The notes below the pieces were generated by a model. That model saw only the letters and a list, made by a program, of their open reading frames with translations, had not been told where the DNA came from and searched no databases. Shown here piece by piece: positions 17,531 to 28,185 of a DNA stretch of 32,000 nucleotides; within the stretch, counting starts at the first letter, position 1, and each line of letters begins with the position of its first letter. The stretch is from Candidatus Saccharimonadota bacterium (GTDB lineage Bacteria > Pseudomonadota > Gammaproteobacteria > Enterobacterales > Enterobacteriaceae), in the NCBI RefSeq assembly GCF_023585745.1, contig NZ_CP097762.1:390001-422000 (forward strand). The letters run 5' to 3'. The translations under genes and the position numbers were made by a program.

Positions 17531-19285
17531 TTAAGAAAATTGCAACTTATATAAATTAGCGTATACTCCTTTACTATTCATTAATACTGAATGCACCCCA
17601 CGTTCTACAATACAACCATTTTCTACTACTAATATTTGATCTGCATTTTCAACTGTAGACAAACGATGAGCAATAATTAATAAAGTTCTATGTTTTTTTA
17701 ATGAAAAAATAGATCTTTTAATAAAATATTCTGATTTTAAATCTAAAGCAGATGTAGCTTCATCTAAAATTACAATAGGACAATTGCGTAACAAAGCACG
17801 TGCAATTGCAATACGTTGACACTGACCACTCGACAACAATACTCCATTTTCACCTATTACTGTATCTAAACCGTATTTCATTTTAGAAATAAAATCCATA
17901 GCATACGCCATGTGTGCTGCTGTCTCAATTGATTTTCTAGAATAGAAATTCTTACGTGCATATGCAATATTATTTGCAATAGTATCATTAAATAAATGCA
18001 CTTTTTGAGAAACTACAGCTATTTGATTACGTAAAGAAGATAATTTATAATCATTCAAATTAAAGCCATCTAATAAAATTCGGCCCTTATACATATCATA
18101 AAAACGAGTTAATAAATCTACTATAGTAGATTTACCTGAACCAGATCGTCCTACTAACGCAACAGTTTGTCCCGCTTTAATAGTAAAATTAATGTTAGAA
18201 AGTGACGGTGTGTTTCTTTCTGGATAAATAAAAGTAACATTATCGAATACAATATGTCCATTAACTCGTTTAATATCAATAAAACCATGATCTTTTTCAG
18301 TTTCTAAATCTAGAATAGAAAACAAAGTCTGACAGGCCGCCATACCTCGTTGAAATTGCGCGCTAACATTAGTTAGCGATTTTAATGGCTTCATTAATAC
18401 TATCATCGACGAAAAAATAACAGTTACAGTACCAGCCGTAAGAACTTCCATAACACCAGGAATACTAGCTGTATAAATCACACAAGCTAACGCTAATGAA
18501 GCTAAAAACTGAATTAACGGATCAAAAACAGATAATGTCTGTACCATTTTCATACTTTGCTGTCGTATTCTATTGCTCACGCAATTAAATCTAATTTTTT
18601 CTGTATGTTGTCCACCAAAAATTAATACCTCCTTATGTCCTTTTAGCATTTGTTCAGCGCTACTAGTTAACTGACCCATAACACTTTGCATTTTTTTACT
18701 AATCATTCTAAATCTATATGATACAAATTTAATTGATATAGATACTATTGGGGCAATGACAACTAGAATTAACGATAATTGCCAACTATAATAAAACATC
18801 ATTGTACACAAACCTATAATAGACGCTCCCTCTCTAATTACTGTAATTAATGCCCCAGACGAAGAAGAAGCAACTTGCTCAGAATCATAAGTAATTCTAG
18901 ATACCAATGTGCCAGTAGACTGTTTTACAAAAAAAGATACTGGCATATCCATGATATGCTTAAATAATTTACATCTAATCTGCATTACTACTTTTCCGGA
19001 TACCCAAGATATACAATAAGTAGATATAAAACTACTTATACCCCTAATCCCCATTAATCCAATAAGAGCTAAGGGCATCCATAAAAACACTTCTTTATCA
19101 GAGCGTCCAAACCCATCATCCAGTAAAGGTTTCAATAAAGATAACATAAACGCATCACTTGTCGCATTTACAACTAAAGTGATGGACGCAATGATTAAAC
19201 CTGCTCTAAACGGGAAAATTATAGGCCAAAGACGTCGGAAAGTACTCCAGGTAGAAGCGTGCTGCTGATCACTATACTGTAACAT
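17531..19285 (-). CDS. msbA: lipid A/LPS flippase ABC transporter MsbA
   Basis: An N-terminal six-TM domain is followed by Walker A GRSGSGKST, signature LSSGQCQR and Walker B IVILDEATSALD. It is 584 aa versus 582 aa. Confidence 0.96.
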   Translation of the reverse strand: MLQYSDQQHASTWSTFRRLWPIIFPFRAGLIIASITLVVNATSDAFMLSLLKPLLDDGFGRSDKEVFLWMPLALIGLMGIRGISSFISTYCISWVSGKVVMQIRCKLFKHIMDMPVSFFVKQSTGTLVSRITYDSEQVASSSSGALITVIREGASIIGLCTMMFYYSWQLSLILVVIAPIVSISIKFVSYRFRMISKKMQSVMGQLTSSAEQMLKGHKEVLIFGGQHTEKIRFNCVSNRIRQQSMKMVQTLSVFDPLIQFLASLALACVIYTASIPGVMEVLTAGTVTVIFSSMIVLMKPLKSLTNVSAQFQRGMAACQTLFSILDLETEKDHGFIDIKRVNGHIVFDNVTFIYPERNTPSLSNINFTIKAGQTVALVGRSGSGKSTIVDLLTRFYDMYKGRILLDGFNLNDYKLSSLRNQIAVVSQKVHLFNDTIANNIAYARKNFYSRKSIETAAHMAYAMDFISKMKYGLDTVIGENGVLLSSGQCQRIAIARALLRNCPIVILDEATSALDLKSEYFIKRSIFSLKKHRTLLIIAHRLSTVENADQILVVENGCIVERGVHSVLMNSKGVYANLYKLQFS

Positions 19286-19894
19286 TTATACCTTAGAATT
19301 AGATTTTGATGTTTGTATAAAAATTTAACACTAATTTTATAAATATAAAACTATATAAACTTATTTATATTTCAAGTATTTAATATGAGTTCTTACTCAA
19401 GATAACGATATTTTACAATAAACCCTGATTTTTTTATAACAAAAATATTTTATCAGAGCACCAAAAAAAATTAACTTTTTTATATTTTAGCATATTAACA
19501 TTCAAATAACATATACATTATTATATCTACTTATAATAGATATAATACTTGAATACTAATCACTATATATAAACATTTACTATACAAATAAAACATCTAT
19601 TTATTGCTGCGACATGATACTTAAAACTTAATTCTATTCAAATAATAAAATCAAAACTTTATAAAAATAAAAAGTATTTATACCAAATAACAAAACAATC
19701 AATAACACATCATCACCGATGATGACACATTTTTTTAAAAATAAACAAATTAATTATAAAATAATAAAATAAAAATATTGTAACATGAATATATTGTTTA
19801 TTCTGTCTACACAATTAAATATGACATAACTACGCATCTAATATAATAATATTACCCACTATAATGATAATATATAAAAACTTTATAACACATA

Positions 19895-21589
19895 TTACTC
19901 ATTTTTAGTTGCAGCTTTAAATGCTTCAACCATAACATTAGAAAAATGCCGATCTTTTTCCTGCTTATTACTACTAATAGAATGCGCCTCTGCTTTCTTA
20001 TTTAGTTCACATAAGTTATATTCAGACAAATTAATAATTCTATTTTTACGATCTACCCCGTCCAAAATAGCTTGAATTTCACTACCTACGATCCACGGTT
20101 TATCAAATTTATTATTCATAATACTATTATGTAATGATTCAGATAAGAACAAACGACCTAAAATAATATTCTTGTCTAACGTTACAGTAACACCTTTTTC
20201 ATCTATAGCAATAATCTCCCCAGACACAACACTTCCTTTTTTATGCGCTGATAAATAAATATTTAATGGGTCTTCAGTTAACTGCTTTATACCTAAAGAA
20301 ATACGTTCACGCTCTGAATCTACCTGTAAAACAACCGCCATGATATTATCACCCTTTTTATATGTCTTCATAACCTCTTCAGCTGATAAGTACCAAGATA
20401 CATCAGATAAATGCACCAAACCATCTATTCCTTCATCTAAACCTATGAAAATTCCAAAATCAGTAACAGACTTAATTTTTCCCGTAACTCGCGCTCCACG
20501 ATCATATATCTCTGAAAATCTCTGCCAAGGATTAACTGTACACTGCTTTAATCCTAAAGAAATTCTTCTACGCTCTTCATCAATATCTAAAATCATCACT
20601 TCTATTACATCTCCTACTGATACTACTTTAGAAGGGTGAATGTTTTTATTAGTCCAATCCATTTCAGACACATGCACCAATCCTTCTACACCCTCTTCAA
20701 TTTCAATAAAACATCCATAATCAGTTAAATTAGTGACTTTTCCGGTTAATTTTCCTCCTTCAGAATAACGTTGTACAATTGCTGACCAAGGATCTTCCTC
20801 CAATTGCTTTAATCCTAAAGACACCCTAACACGCTCTTTATCAAATTTTAACACTTTCACAACAATTTCATCACCAATACTGACTATATCGCTAGGATGT
20901 TTAACACGTTTCCAAGCCATATCAGTAATATGTAACAACCCATCTACACCTCCTAAATCAATAAAAGCACCATAATCTGTTAAATTTTTAACTACGCCCT
21001 TAATTTCTATGCCTTCATGTAATTGATGCAATAACTGATCACGTTCAAAACTATTTTCAGATTCAATTACAGCGCGACGTGATACTACAACGTTATTACG
21101 TTTATGATCTAATTTAATAACTTTAAACAAAAGCGATTGTCCTTCTAGCAAAAAAGAAGTATCACGTATCGGTTTCACATCTACTAAAGAACCCGGCAAA
21201 AACGCGCGAACCCCATTTAATTCAACAGTAAAACCACCTTTAACTTTACCGTTAATAATTCCTGTAACAGTAGTCATATCTCTATGCGCTTGCTCCAATA
21301 ACAACCAAGATTCATAACGTTTTGCTTTTTCACGAGATAAAACAGTCTCTCCAAAACCATCTTCCACTGCATCTAACGTCACATCTACACAATCACCTAC
21401 TGCAACTTCTAATTCTCCCTGAGCATTAAAAAATTGTTCAATAGGAATAGCAGATTCCGATTTTAATCCAGCATCTACTAACACTATCTCTTTAGATATA
21501 GAAACCACCACTCCTTTAATAATCGCACCAGGATAAATTTCTATTTCTTTTAAAGATTCTTCAAATAATTGAGCAAACGATTCTGTCAT
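19895..21589 (-). CDS. rpsA: 30S ribosomal protein S1
   Basis: [17 protein letters not shown] is followed by six S1 repeats, near-identical to E. coli through about aa 440. The track ORF starts 5 codons earlier (TTG at 21604, ATG at 21595). Homology favours the ATG at 21589. Confidence 0.95.
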   Translation of the reverse strand: MTESFAQLFEESLKEIEIYPGAIIKGVVVSISKEIVLVDAGLKSESAIPIEQFFNAQGELEVAVGDCVDVTLDAVEDGFGETVLSREKAKRYESWLLLEQAHRDMTTVTGIINGKVKGGFTVELNGVRAFLPGSLVDVKPIRDTSFLLEGQSLLFKVIKLDHKRNNVVVSRRAVIESENSFERDQLLHQLHEGIEIKGVVKNLTDYGAFIDLGGVDGLLHITDMAWKRVKHPSDIVSIGDEIVVKVLKFDKERVRVSLGLKQLEEDPWSAIVQRYSEGGKLTGKVTNLTDYGCFIEIEEGVEGLVHVSEMDWTNKNIHPSKVVSVGDVIEVMILDIDEERRRISLGLKQCTVNPWQRFSEIYDRGARVTGKIKSVTDFGIFIGLDEGIDGLVHLSDVSWYLSAEEVMKTYKKGDNIMAVVLQVDSERERISLGIKQLTEDPLNIYLSAHKKGSVVSGEIIAIDEKGVTVTLDKNIILGRLFLSESLHNSIMNNKFDKPWIVGSEIQAILDGVDRKNRIINLSEYNLCELNKKAEAHSISSNKQEKDRHFSNVMVEAFKAATKNE

Positions 21590-21664
21590 TTTCATAATTT
21601 TCAATTTTTAATTAACTTCCATCATATATCCATTATTGATGGTCTATTAAGAAATATCTAATCA

Positions 21665-22390
21665 CTATCTTCCTTGATTATGAATGCAATTATATAATAC
21701 TCTCGGTGGTAACACCATAATACTTTCTTTGATATGCATAAGAACTATAGAATTTACTTCCTCTTCTGATAAATACGTAGAATCCAATACCAACGCATCA
21801 ATTGCAGGAACTAATGGCGCTAATCTACGATTAAAATCACGATCATCACGTTCTCTGATGTGAGATAAAAACTCTTTATAATTAACACTATTTTTTTTCT
21901 CCTTTAATTGATACAAACGCCGCTTTTCTCTTTCTTCACAAGAAGCATAAAGAAAAATTTTCAATAATGCGTTAGGAAATACCACTGTACCCATATCACG
22001 TCCATCAGCCACCAAACCAGGCCACTTACAAAAGGCACGTTGATATATTAATAAATTTTTACGCACTGTAGATAAAGCAGCAATTTTAGATGCATAATTC
22101 CCTATAGTTTCTGTATAAATATCTTGTGTAACTCTGATTCCATTAAATAATATAATAAAACTATCGTAACTTTTTACAAAATTAATTTTTATAACTTTAA
22201 TAAGTTCCAATATTTTTTCTTCATAATTTATATCAACTTTATATATCAACATTATTAATGCTAAAACTCGATAAATTATGCCAGAATCCAATAAATTCCA
22301 TCCAAGAATTTTTGCTAATTTTCTAGATAAAGTTCCTTTTCCTGATCCGCTAGGACCATCAATAGTAATGACTGGAAATACGTCACTCAC
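21665..22390 (-). CDS. cmk: cytidylate kinase (GTG start)
   Basis: VITIDGPSGSGKGT, DSGIIYR, ADGRDMGTVVFP, ERDDRD and APLVPA.DALVLDS are present. The GTG at 22390 gives the same N-terminal length as E. coli Cmk. Confidence 0.93.
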   Translation of the reverse strand: MSDVFPVITIDGPSGSGKGTLSRKLAKILGWNLLDSGIIYRVLALIMLIYKVDINYEEKILELIKVIKINFVKSYDSFIILFNGIRVTQDIYTETIGNYASKIAALSTVRKNLLIYQRAFCKWPGLVADGRDMGTVVFPNALLKIFLYASCEEREKRRLYQLKEKKNSVNYKEFLSHIRERDDRDFNRRLAPLVPAIDALVLDSTYLSEEEVNSIVLMHIKESIMVLPPRVLYNCIHNQGR

Positions 22391-22497
22391 AATTTCATCT
22401 CTAACATAAAATAATTATTATTTATTTAATACATTACTAATCATTTAGTTCAAATTTTATACATACAACACATTATAATCATAATTTATACTCTATA

Positions 22498-23799
22498 CTA
22501 TTGAAATATACTAATATTAGACAATTGCACAAAAAAATCTGGAAAAGTTTTATAAGTACATTTAGGATTATTAATTGTAATATGAGCATCAGATAATGCA
22601 GCTAGAGAGAAACACATTGCTATACGATGATCATCGTATGTATGTATACAGGACGATTTAACTTTAATAGGAGGAAAAATATATAAAAAATCCAACCCTT
22701 CTTTAACTATAGCGCCTAATTTTTGCAATTCAGTAGCCATAGCAGATAATCTATCACTTTCCTTAACTCTCCAATTGTAAATATTACGTAATATCATAGG
22801 TCCATCTCTGACAAATAGCGCCATAACAGCTAAAGTCATAGCTACATCCGGAATTTCATTCGCATCTAAATCAACAGCACTTAATTTATTTCCACGACTA
22901 CATTCAATATAATTCTCCCCCCATATTATTATAGCACCCATCTTCTCTAAGATATTAACAAAACCAATATCTCCTTGTATACTATCTCGACCAACTCCTA
23001 TGGTACGAACAGTACCCCCTTTAATAGCTGATGCTGCCAAAAAATAAGATGCACTAGAAGCATCACCTTCTACTAAATAAGAGCCAGGAGATTTATATAC
23101 TGAATTTCCTTTACAATAAAAAACACGATAATCTTCATGATCCACGTAAACTCCAAAACTCTTCATCACAGATAGAGTAATGTCAATATATGGTTTAGAT
23201 ACCAACATTCCTTCTATTTTTATACATGTATCTTTAGGAGCTAATGGAGCCATCATAAGTATAGAAGATAAAAATTGACTAGAAATATTCCCTTTAATTT
23301 TAATATTCCCTCCGCAATATCCACCATTTAATCGTATTGGAGGATATTGATCATGTTCCATATAATCAACATATGCTCCGCCTTGCCTTAAAGCCTCCAC
23401 TAAATGTGATATAGGTCTTTTCAACATACGAGCATTACCAGTAAGTATAATATCTTGTGGTTTAATAGACAATGCTGCTAATAAGGGGCGCATAACAGTA
23501 CCAGCATTTTCTACAGAAATAATTAATTTATTATAAATATTTCTTCCCTGCAAAGCACCGCCAACTCCATTAACTGTACAAATCTTTCTGTCCTTCGATA
23601 AGTGAAAAATCACTCCCAAATTGCACAAAGCATTCAACATACAACGCACATCACCACTATCTAACAAATTAATTAATCTTGTGGTACCTACAGATTGTGC
23701 AGCTAACAACAAAGCACGATTCGATATACTTTTAGAGCCTGGTAAATAAACAACGCCCTGAATTTTTTTAATAGGATCTAATTTAATAAAATCACTCAC
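22498..23799 (-). CDS. aroA: 3-phosphoshikimate 1-carboxyvinyltransferase (EPSP synthase; GTG start)
   Basis: [49 protein letters not shown] and [13 protein letters not shown] are present. It is 433 aa versus 427 aa. Confidence 0.95.
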   Translation of the reverse strand: MSDFIKLDPIKKIQGVVYLPGSKSISNRALLLAAQSVGTTRLINLLDSGDVRCMLNALCNLGVIFHLSKDRKICTVNGVGGALQGRNIYNKLIISVENAGTVMRPLLAALSIKPQDIILTGNARMLKRPISHLVEALRQGGAYVDYMEHDQYPPIRLNGGYCGGNIKIKGNISSQFLSSILMMAPLAPKDTCIKIEGMLVSKPYIDITLSVMKSFGVYVDHEDYRVFYCKGNSVYKSPGSYLVEGDASSASYFLAASAIKGGTVRTIGVGRDSIQGDIGFVNILEKMGAIIIWGENYIECSRGNKLSAVDLDANEIPDVAMTLAVMALFVRDGPMILRNIYNWRVKESDRLSAMATELQKLGAIVKEGLDFLYIFPPIKVKSSCIHTYDDHRIAMCFSLAALSDAHITINNPKCTYKTFPDFFVQLSNISIFQ

Positions 23800-23929
23800 A
23801 CAACACCAAATATTTTTATATGTATTAGATTTTAAAATCTGTCTCTTATCATAAATTTATATATTTATAACTACAAATCATTTAATAATAAACAATACAT
23901 TGTTATTTCTAAAAAATTAATAAATAATG

Positions 23930-25024
23930 CTAACTATATTTTTTAGAAAAAAAATTCATAAACTCAACTAATCTTTTTACTCCTCGCAGTGACATAGCAT
24001 TATATAATGACGCTCTTATGCCACCTACAGATCTATGACCTGATAATCCATATAATCCAAAACTAATAGACTCCTGTAAAAAAATATTAGTTAACTTTTT
24101 ATTTCTTAAAAAGAACGGAACATTTATACAAGAACGATTAACCCTATCAATATCATTATAATAAAAATCACTAGAATCAATAGCAGCATATAAAACTTTT
24201 GATTTTTCTAAATTATGTCTATTAATCATTTCTAACCCACCCTGATTTTTTAACCACCTCAACACTAAACTAGCAATATACCAAGAAATAGTAACAGGAG
24301 TATTAAACATAGAATAATTTTTAGCTAAAATTTTATAATTTAAAATAGATGGAACTTCTTCTCGAGAAACTTTTAGTAAATCCCTACGAATAATTACAAC
24401 TGTCAATCCAGATATACCAATATTCTTTTGCGAAGCCGCATAAATTATACCAAAACGACTCACATCAATAGGACATGTTAACAACATTGATGAACAATCT
24501 GCTACTACTATTTTATTAAAAAACTTTGGGGGGTGGTCATATACAGCTATTCCATCAATTGTTTCATTAGGGCAGTAATGAATATAAATACTATCTGATG
24601 AAATATCCCATGCATGTATTGATTGAATACTGCGTATTCCATTATTTTTAACTCTAACATCAATGACACGAGGGACACAATACTTTTTTGCTTCTAGAGC
24701 TGCGCTATATGACCAATATCCGGTATTTATATAATCAGCGTGTTTTGATGTCGTCTTACATAATAAATTCATAGGAATTGCAGAAAATTGACCGCGAGCT
24801 CCACCATGACAAAATAAAACTTCATAGTTTTCTGGAATATTAAGAAGTTCACAAAAGTCCTTTTTCATACTATGCATTAATTGTACAAATTCTTCACTAC
24901 GATGACTCACTTCCATCACTGATACACCCATATTATTCCAACTATGTAACTCTTCTTTAACTTGATGTAAAACTGAATGAGGTAACATTGCTGGACCGGC
25001 GCTAAAATTAAATATCATCTGCAT
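23930..25024 (-). CDS. serC: phosphoserine aminotransferase
   Basis: [41 protein letters not shown] and [16 protein letters not shown] are present. It is 364 aa versus 362 aa. Confidence 0.95.
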   Translation of the reverse strand: MQMIFNFSAGPAMLPHSVLHQVKEELHSWNNMGVSVMEVSHRSEEFVQLMHSMKKDFCELLNIPENYEVLFCHGGARGQFSAIPMNLLCKTTSKHADYINTGYWSYSAALEAKKYCVPRVIDVRVKNNGIRSIQSIHAWDISSDSIYIHYCPNETIDGIAVYDHPPKFFNKIVVADCSSMLLTCPIDVSRFGIIYAASQKNIGISGLTVVIIRRDLLKVSREEVPSILNYKILAKNYSMFNTPVTISWYIASLVLRWLKNQGGLEMINRHNLEKSKVLYAAIDSSDFYYNDIDRVNRSCINVPFFLRNKKLTNIFLQESISFGLYGLSGHRSVGGIRASLYNAMSLRGVKRLVEFMNFFSKKYS

Positions 25025-25400
25025 AATAAATACATACCAATTAGTAATAACACTGATTAAAAATAATGATTCTTATAAAAATAACACTGCAATCTTCATG
25101 GATTTTCAAAAATATACAAATTCATAGTCATTTTGCACCCTGTAAATATTTTTATAAAATATGGAACTAATAAAAATCTAATTAAATAATTAAATTTATA
25201 AATACTAAAAAATCAATAAAACAATAAATCAACAATTATTATACAATGTATGTATTATTATTACTCATAAAGATATATAAACCTCATCGCACCACTGACT
25301 AAAACACAACACATATTATATATTGTAAAGATTATCCAAATACTAATCCTTTGATAATCAAATATCATTATGAATAATTTATATATCTCTAGTAAAAATA

Positions 25401-26690
25401 TTAACTAATATAACTAGTACCATTCATATATGGTAATAATACTTGGGGTACTTCGATTCGTCCATCTTGTAATTGATAATTTTCCAAAACCGCGGCTAAA
25501 GCTCTCCCTACAGCTACTCCAGAAGCATTCAAAGTATGTAAAAATTTTGTTTTTTTACTTAATTTCTCTCTATATCGCGCTTTTATGCGACGTGCTTGAA
25601 AATCTCCTACATTTGAACAAGACGCAATTTCACAATAAGATTTTTGAGAAGGAAACCATACTTCTAAATCATACGTTTTGCATGCAGAAAAACCAATACT
25701 TCCTGTGCATAACAACATTTTTCTATATGGTAATTTAAGTTTCTGTAACACATGCTCTGAATGACCAGTAATTTCTTCCAACGTATATGTTGATTTATCT
25801 GGATGTACAAATTGCACCATTTCAACTTTATCAAATTGATGCATTCTAATTAATCCGCGAGTACTATGACCATATGATCCAGCTTCGGCTCGAAAACATG
25901 GAGTATGCGCAACCATTTTCATGGGTAATTCCCGTTCATCTATTATTATATTACGTACTAAATTTATTAAAGGAACTTCACCTGTTGATATCAACGTATA
26001 AAAATTCATAGAAGATGACTCTGTATTCTTTATATGAAATAAATCATTATAAAATTTTGGTAATTGACCCGCTCCATATAAAGACTCTTTATTCACCAAA
26101 TATGGTAAATAATACTCTTCATATCCATGATATTTGACATGAAAATCCATCATAAATTGAATTAAAGCACGATGCAAAGATGCTATCTTCCCTTTCATAA
26201 CGACAAAACGAGAACCAGTCAATTTTGCGGCACTAAAAAAATCTAAACCACCTATAGATTTACCTAAATCTATATGATCTTTTAATGGAAAACTACACCG
26301 TTGCGTATTACCCCAACGCATAATTTCTAAATTATCTTCATCCCCTAAACCATTAGGAATCTCATCATCGGGTATATTTGGTATGGATAACGCATATTCT
26401 GTCATATTGCATTGCAATGCTCTATATTTTAATTTTAAAGATGTTAATTCTTTCGCTAGAACATGTGCTTCTTGACACAAAGATTCCACATTTTTTCCAA
26501 TAGATTTCTCTTCACCTATAATTCTAGCCATATTTTTACGTTTAATACGCAAAACCTCTAGTTTTTTTTGCAAAAACTTACGTAAACTTTCCTGTTGAAG
26601 AAATCTATCGATATCAAAAATAAATTTTCTACGAGCTAGCTTTTTAGCAACTAAATTAATATTTTTACGTAACAAACTAGGACTCAACAT
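25401..26690 (-). CDS. serS: serine--tRNA ligase
   Basis: The class II motifs TPCFRAEAGSYG..TRGLIRMHQFDKVEMV and TLNASGVAVGRALAAVLENYQ are present. The start was trimmed to the ATG at 26690 (MLSPSLLRKN, compare E. coli MLDPNLLRNE). The track start at 26699 is a TTG. Confidence 0.94.
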   Translation of the reverse strand: MLSPSLLRKNINLVAKKLARRKFIFDIDRFLQQESLRKFLQKKLEVLRIKRKNMARIIGEEKSIGKNVESLCQEAHVLAKELTSLKLKYRALQCNMTEYALSIPNIPDDEIPNGLGDEDNLEIMRWGNTQRCSFPLKDHIDLGKSIGGLDFFSAAKLTGSRFVVMKGKIASLHRALIQFMMDFHVKYHGYEEYYLPYLVNKESLYGAGQLPKFYNDLFHIKNTESSSMNFYTLISTGEVPLINLVRNIIIDERELPMKMVAHTPCFRAEAGSYGHSTRGLIRMHQFDKVEMVQFVHPDKSTYTLEEITGHSEHVLQKLKLPYRKMLLCTGSIGFSACKTYDLEVWFPSQKSYCEIASCSNVGDFQARRIKARYREKLSKKTKFLHTLNASGVAVGRALAAVLENYQLQDGRIEVPQVLLPYMNGTSYIS

Positions 26691-27453
26691 ATATAACAAC
26701 TATTCCACATTTATAAAATTCCATTCTCAATTTAAAATTAAAAATAAATATATTTTATAAACTTATAATTTATATTTCTAATAATAATATATTGTACATT
26801 AATTACAATACAGATATAATATATCTGAACGCTACTTACATATTTATATTAATAATAATTTACATATATTTATCATAAATCATTAATATGTATCGTATGT
26901 ACGATACCAAATTAAAATTTCCATATACACATATTTATTTGCATAACAAATTAAAAATATAAACTTTAATATAAATATTTTTATACTATTAATAATAGTA
27001 AAAATCACTTAATTAATACTGCATTAATTTTTTATATGTTTTAACAACTATTTATTTTAACATACTTATATATAAAATCTCAATATATACACTGAAACGT
27101 ATATATGTGCACTATACACATAAAAACTCTAAACTTATATATTAATTTAAATAATAAAAAGATTACATAAAAATTTACATAAAGTTCTATATTTCAGAAT
27201 ATTATTTAATAATAACTAAAATTTATTAAAATACTTAATCAATACTTTAATACTCTGAAAGCATTACTTCTAAAAATTTATGTATAATATACTTATAATA
27301 ATAAGTATTACTATAAAAATAAAAACGCATTTATATCGCATAAAACAATTTTTACATGCAAACCCACATTATTTAATGTACTATTTAAATATAAAAAATT
27401 TTATTTTTTATAAAAAATAATATCTATTAATGTAAAATTCATATAGCCTATAC

Positions 27454-28110
27454 TTATCTTATATAAGACCATAGTCGTTGATCATCTAATTGAATTTCTT
27501 TATCAAGAAAAAAATAAAACTTATTAATATCTATTATATTACTAACTTGATTTAAAAAAATATAATTTATATATTGTCCTGATTTTTCAAAAACTCTAAA
27601 ACTTTTTAATACTCCAGACGCAGTAATTTCAATTACACATTTTTTAAAATTAAAATTATTGCATGTTGGTACTAAAATAAATACATCATCTTGATTTAAT
27701 ACATTAAAATGGTTCCATTTAGATAATTTATCATCAAAAAATAACAGAAAAAAAATATTGTCAGTAATATCTGTCAACCAATATGCAGTAACCTGTTTAA
27801 TCGCAGGAATATAAAACCAAAGCGTTATTCCATCAGATATCAAAAAATTCTCTTCCGGTCCTACTGTATGCCAATTAAATAAATTAGGACGTTTTACCCA
27901 AAATGTTCCATTATTTTCTAATAACACTTTATTATTAGAAGTCACTACTTGTTGCACAAACTTTGCATGAAAACTCTTTATTTTTCCAAGACGTTCATGC
28001 AAATCAACTACCGATAAATCATTGGCATATACTGATACTATCATCATAATTAGATAAAAAATAAACATTATCCACTTAATTATATTAAAACACCTACTCC
28101 TTACAATCAT
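27454..28110 (-). CDS. lolA: periplasmic outer-membrane lipoprotein carrier LolA
   Basis: A signal peptide ending VSVYA|ND is followed by FHAKFVQ, WVKRPNLFNWH, DG.TLWFY and LDDQR. It is about 218 aa versus 203 aa. The exact start (28110 or an internal Met at 28068) is uncertain. Confidence 0.88.
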   Translation of the reverse strand: MIVRSRCFNIIKWIMFIFYLIMMIVSVYANDLSVVDLHERLGKIKSFHAKFVQQVVTSNNKVLLENNGTFWVKRPNLFNWHTVGPEENFLISDGITLWFYIPAIKQVTAYWLTDITDNIFFLLFFDDKLSKWNHFNVLNQDDVFILVPTCNNFNFKKCVIEITASGVLKSFRVFEKSGQYINYIFLNQVSNIIDINKFYFFLDKEIQLDDQRLWSYIR

Positions 28111-28185
28111 ATAAAATATATTTATTACCTATACGAAATTTATAAAAACATTTTAAATATTTCCATAATAATTTACATATATGCA

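Noticed and set aside
27401-27420. AT-only palindromes such as ttatttttta/taaaaaataa (27401-27420), agatttt/aaaatct (23827-23840) and cagatata-a-tatatctg (26811-26827).
   Set aside because: They are made only or almost only of A/T in spacers of about 10-15% GC. Such palindromes are expected by chance and would form very weak structures.
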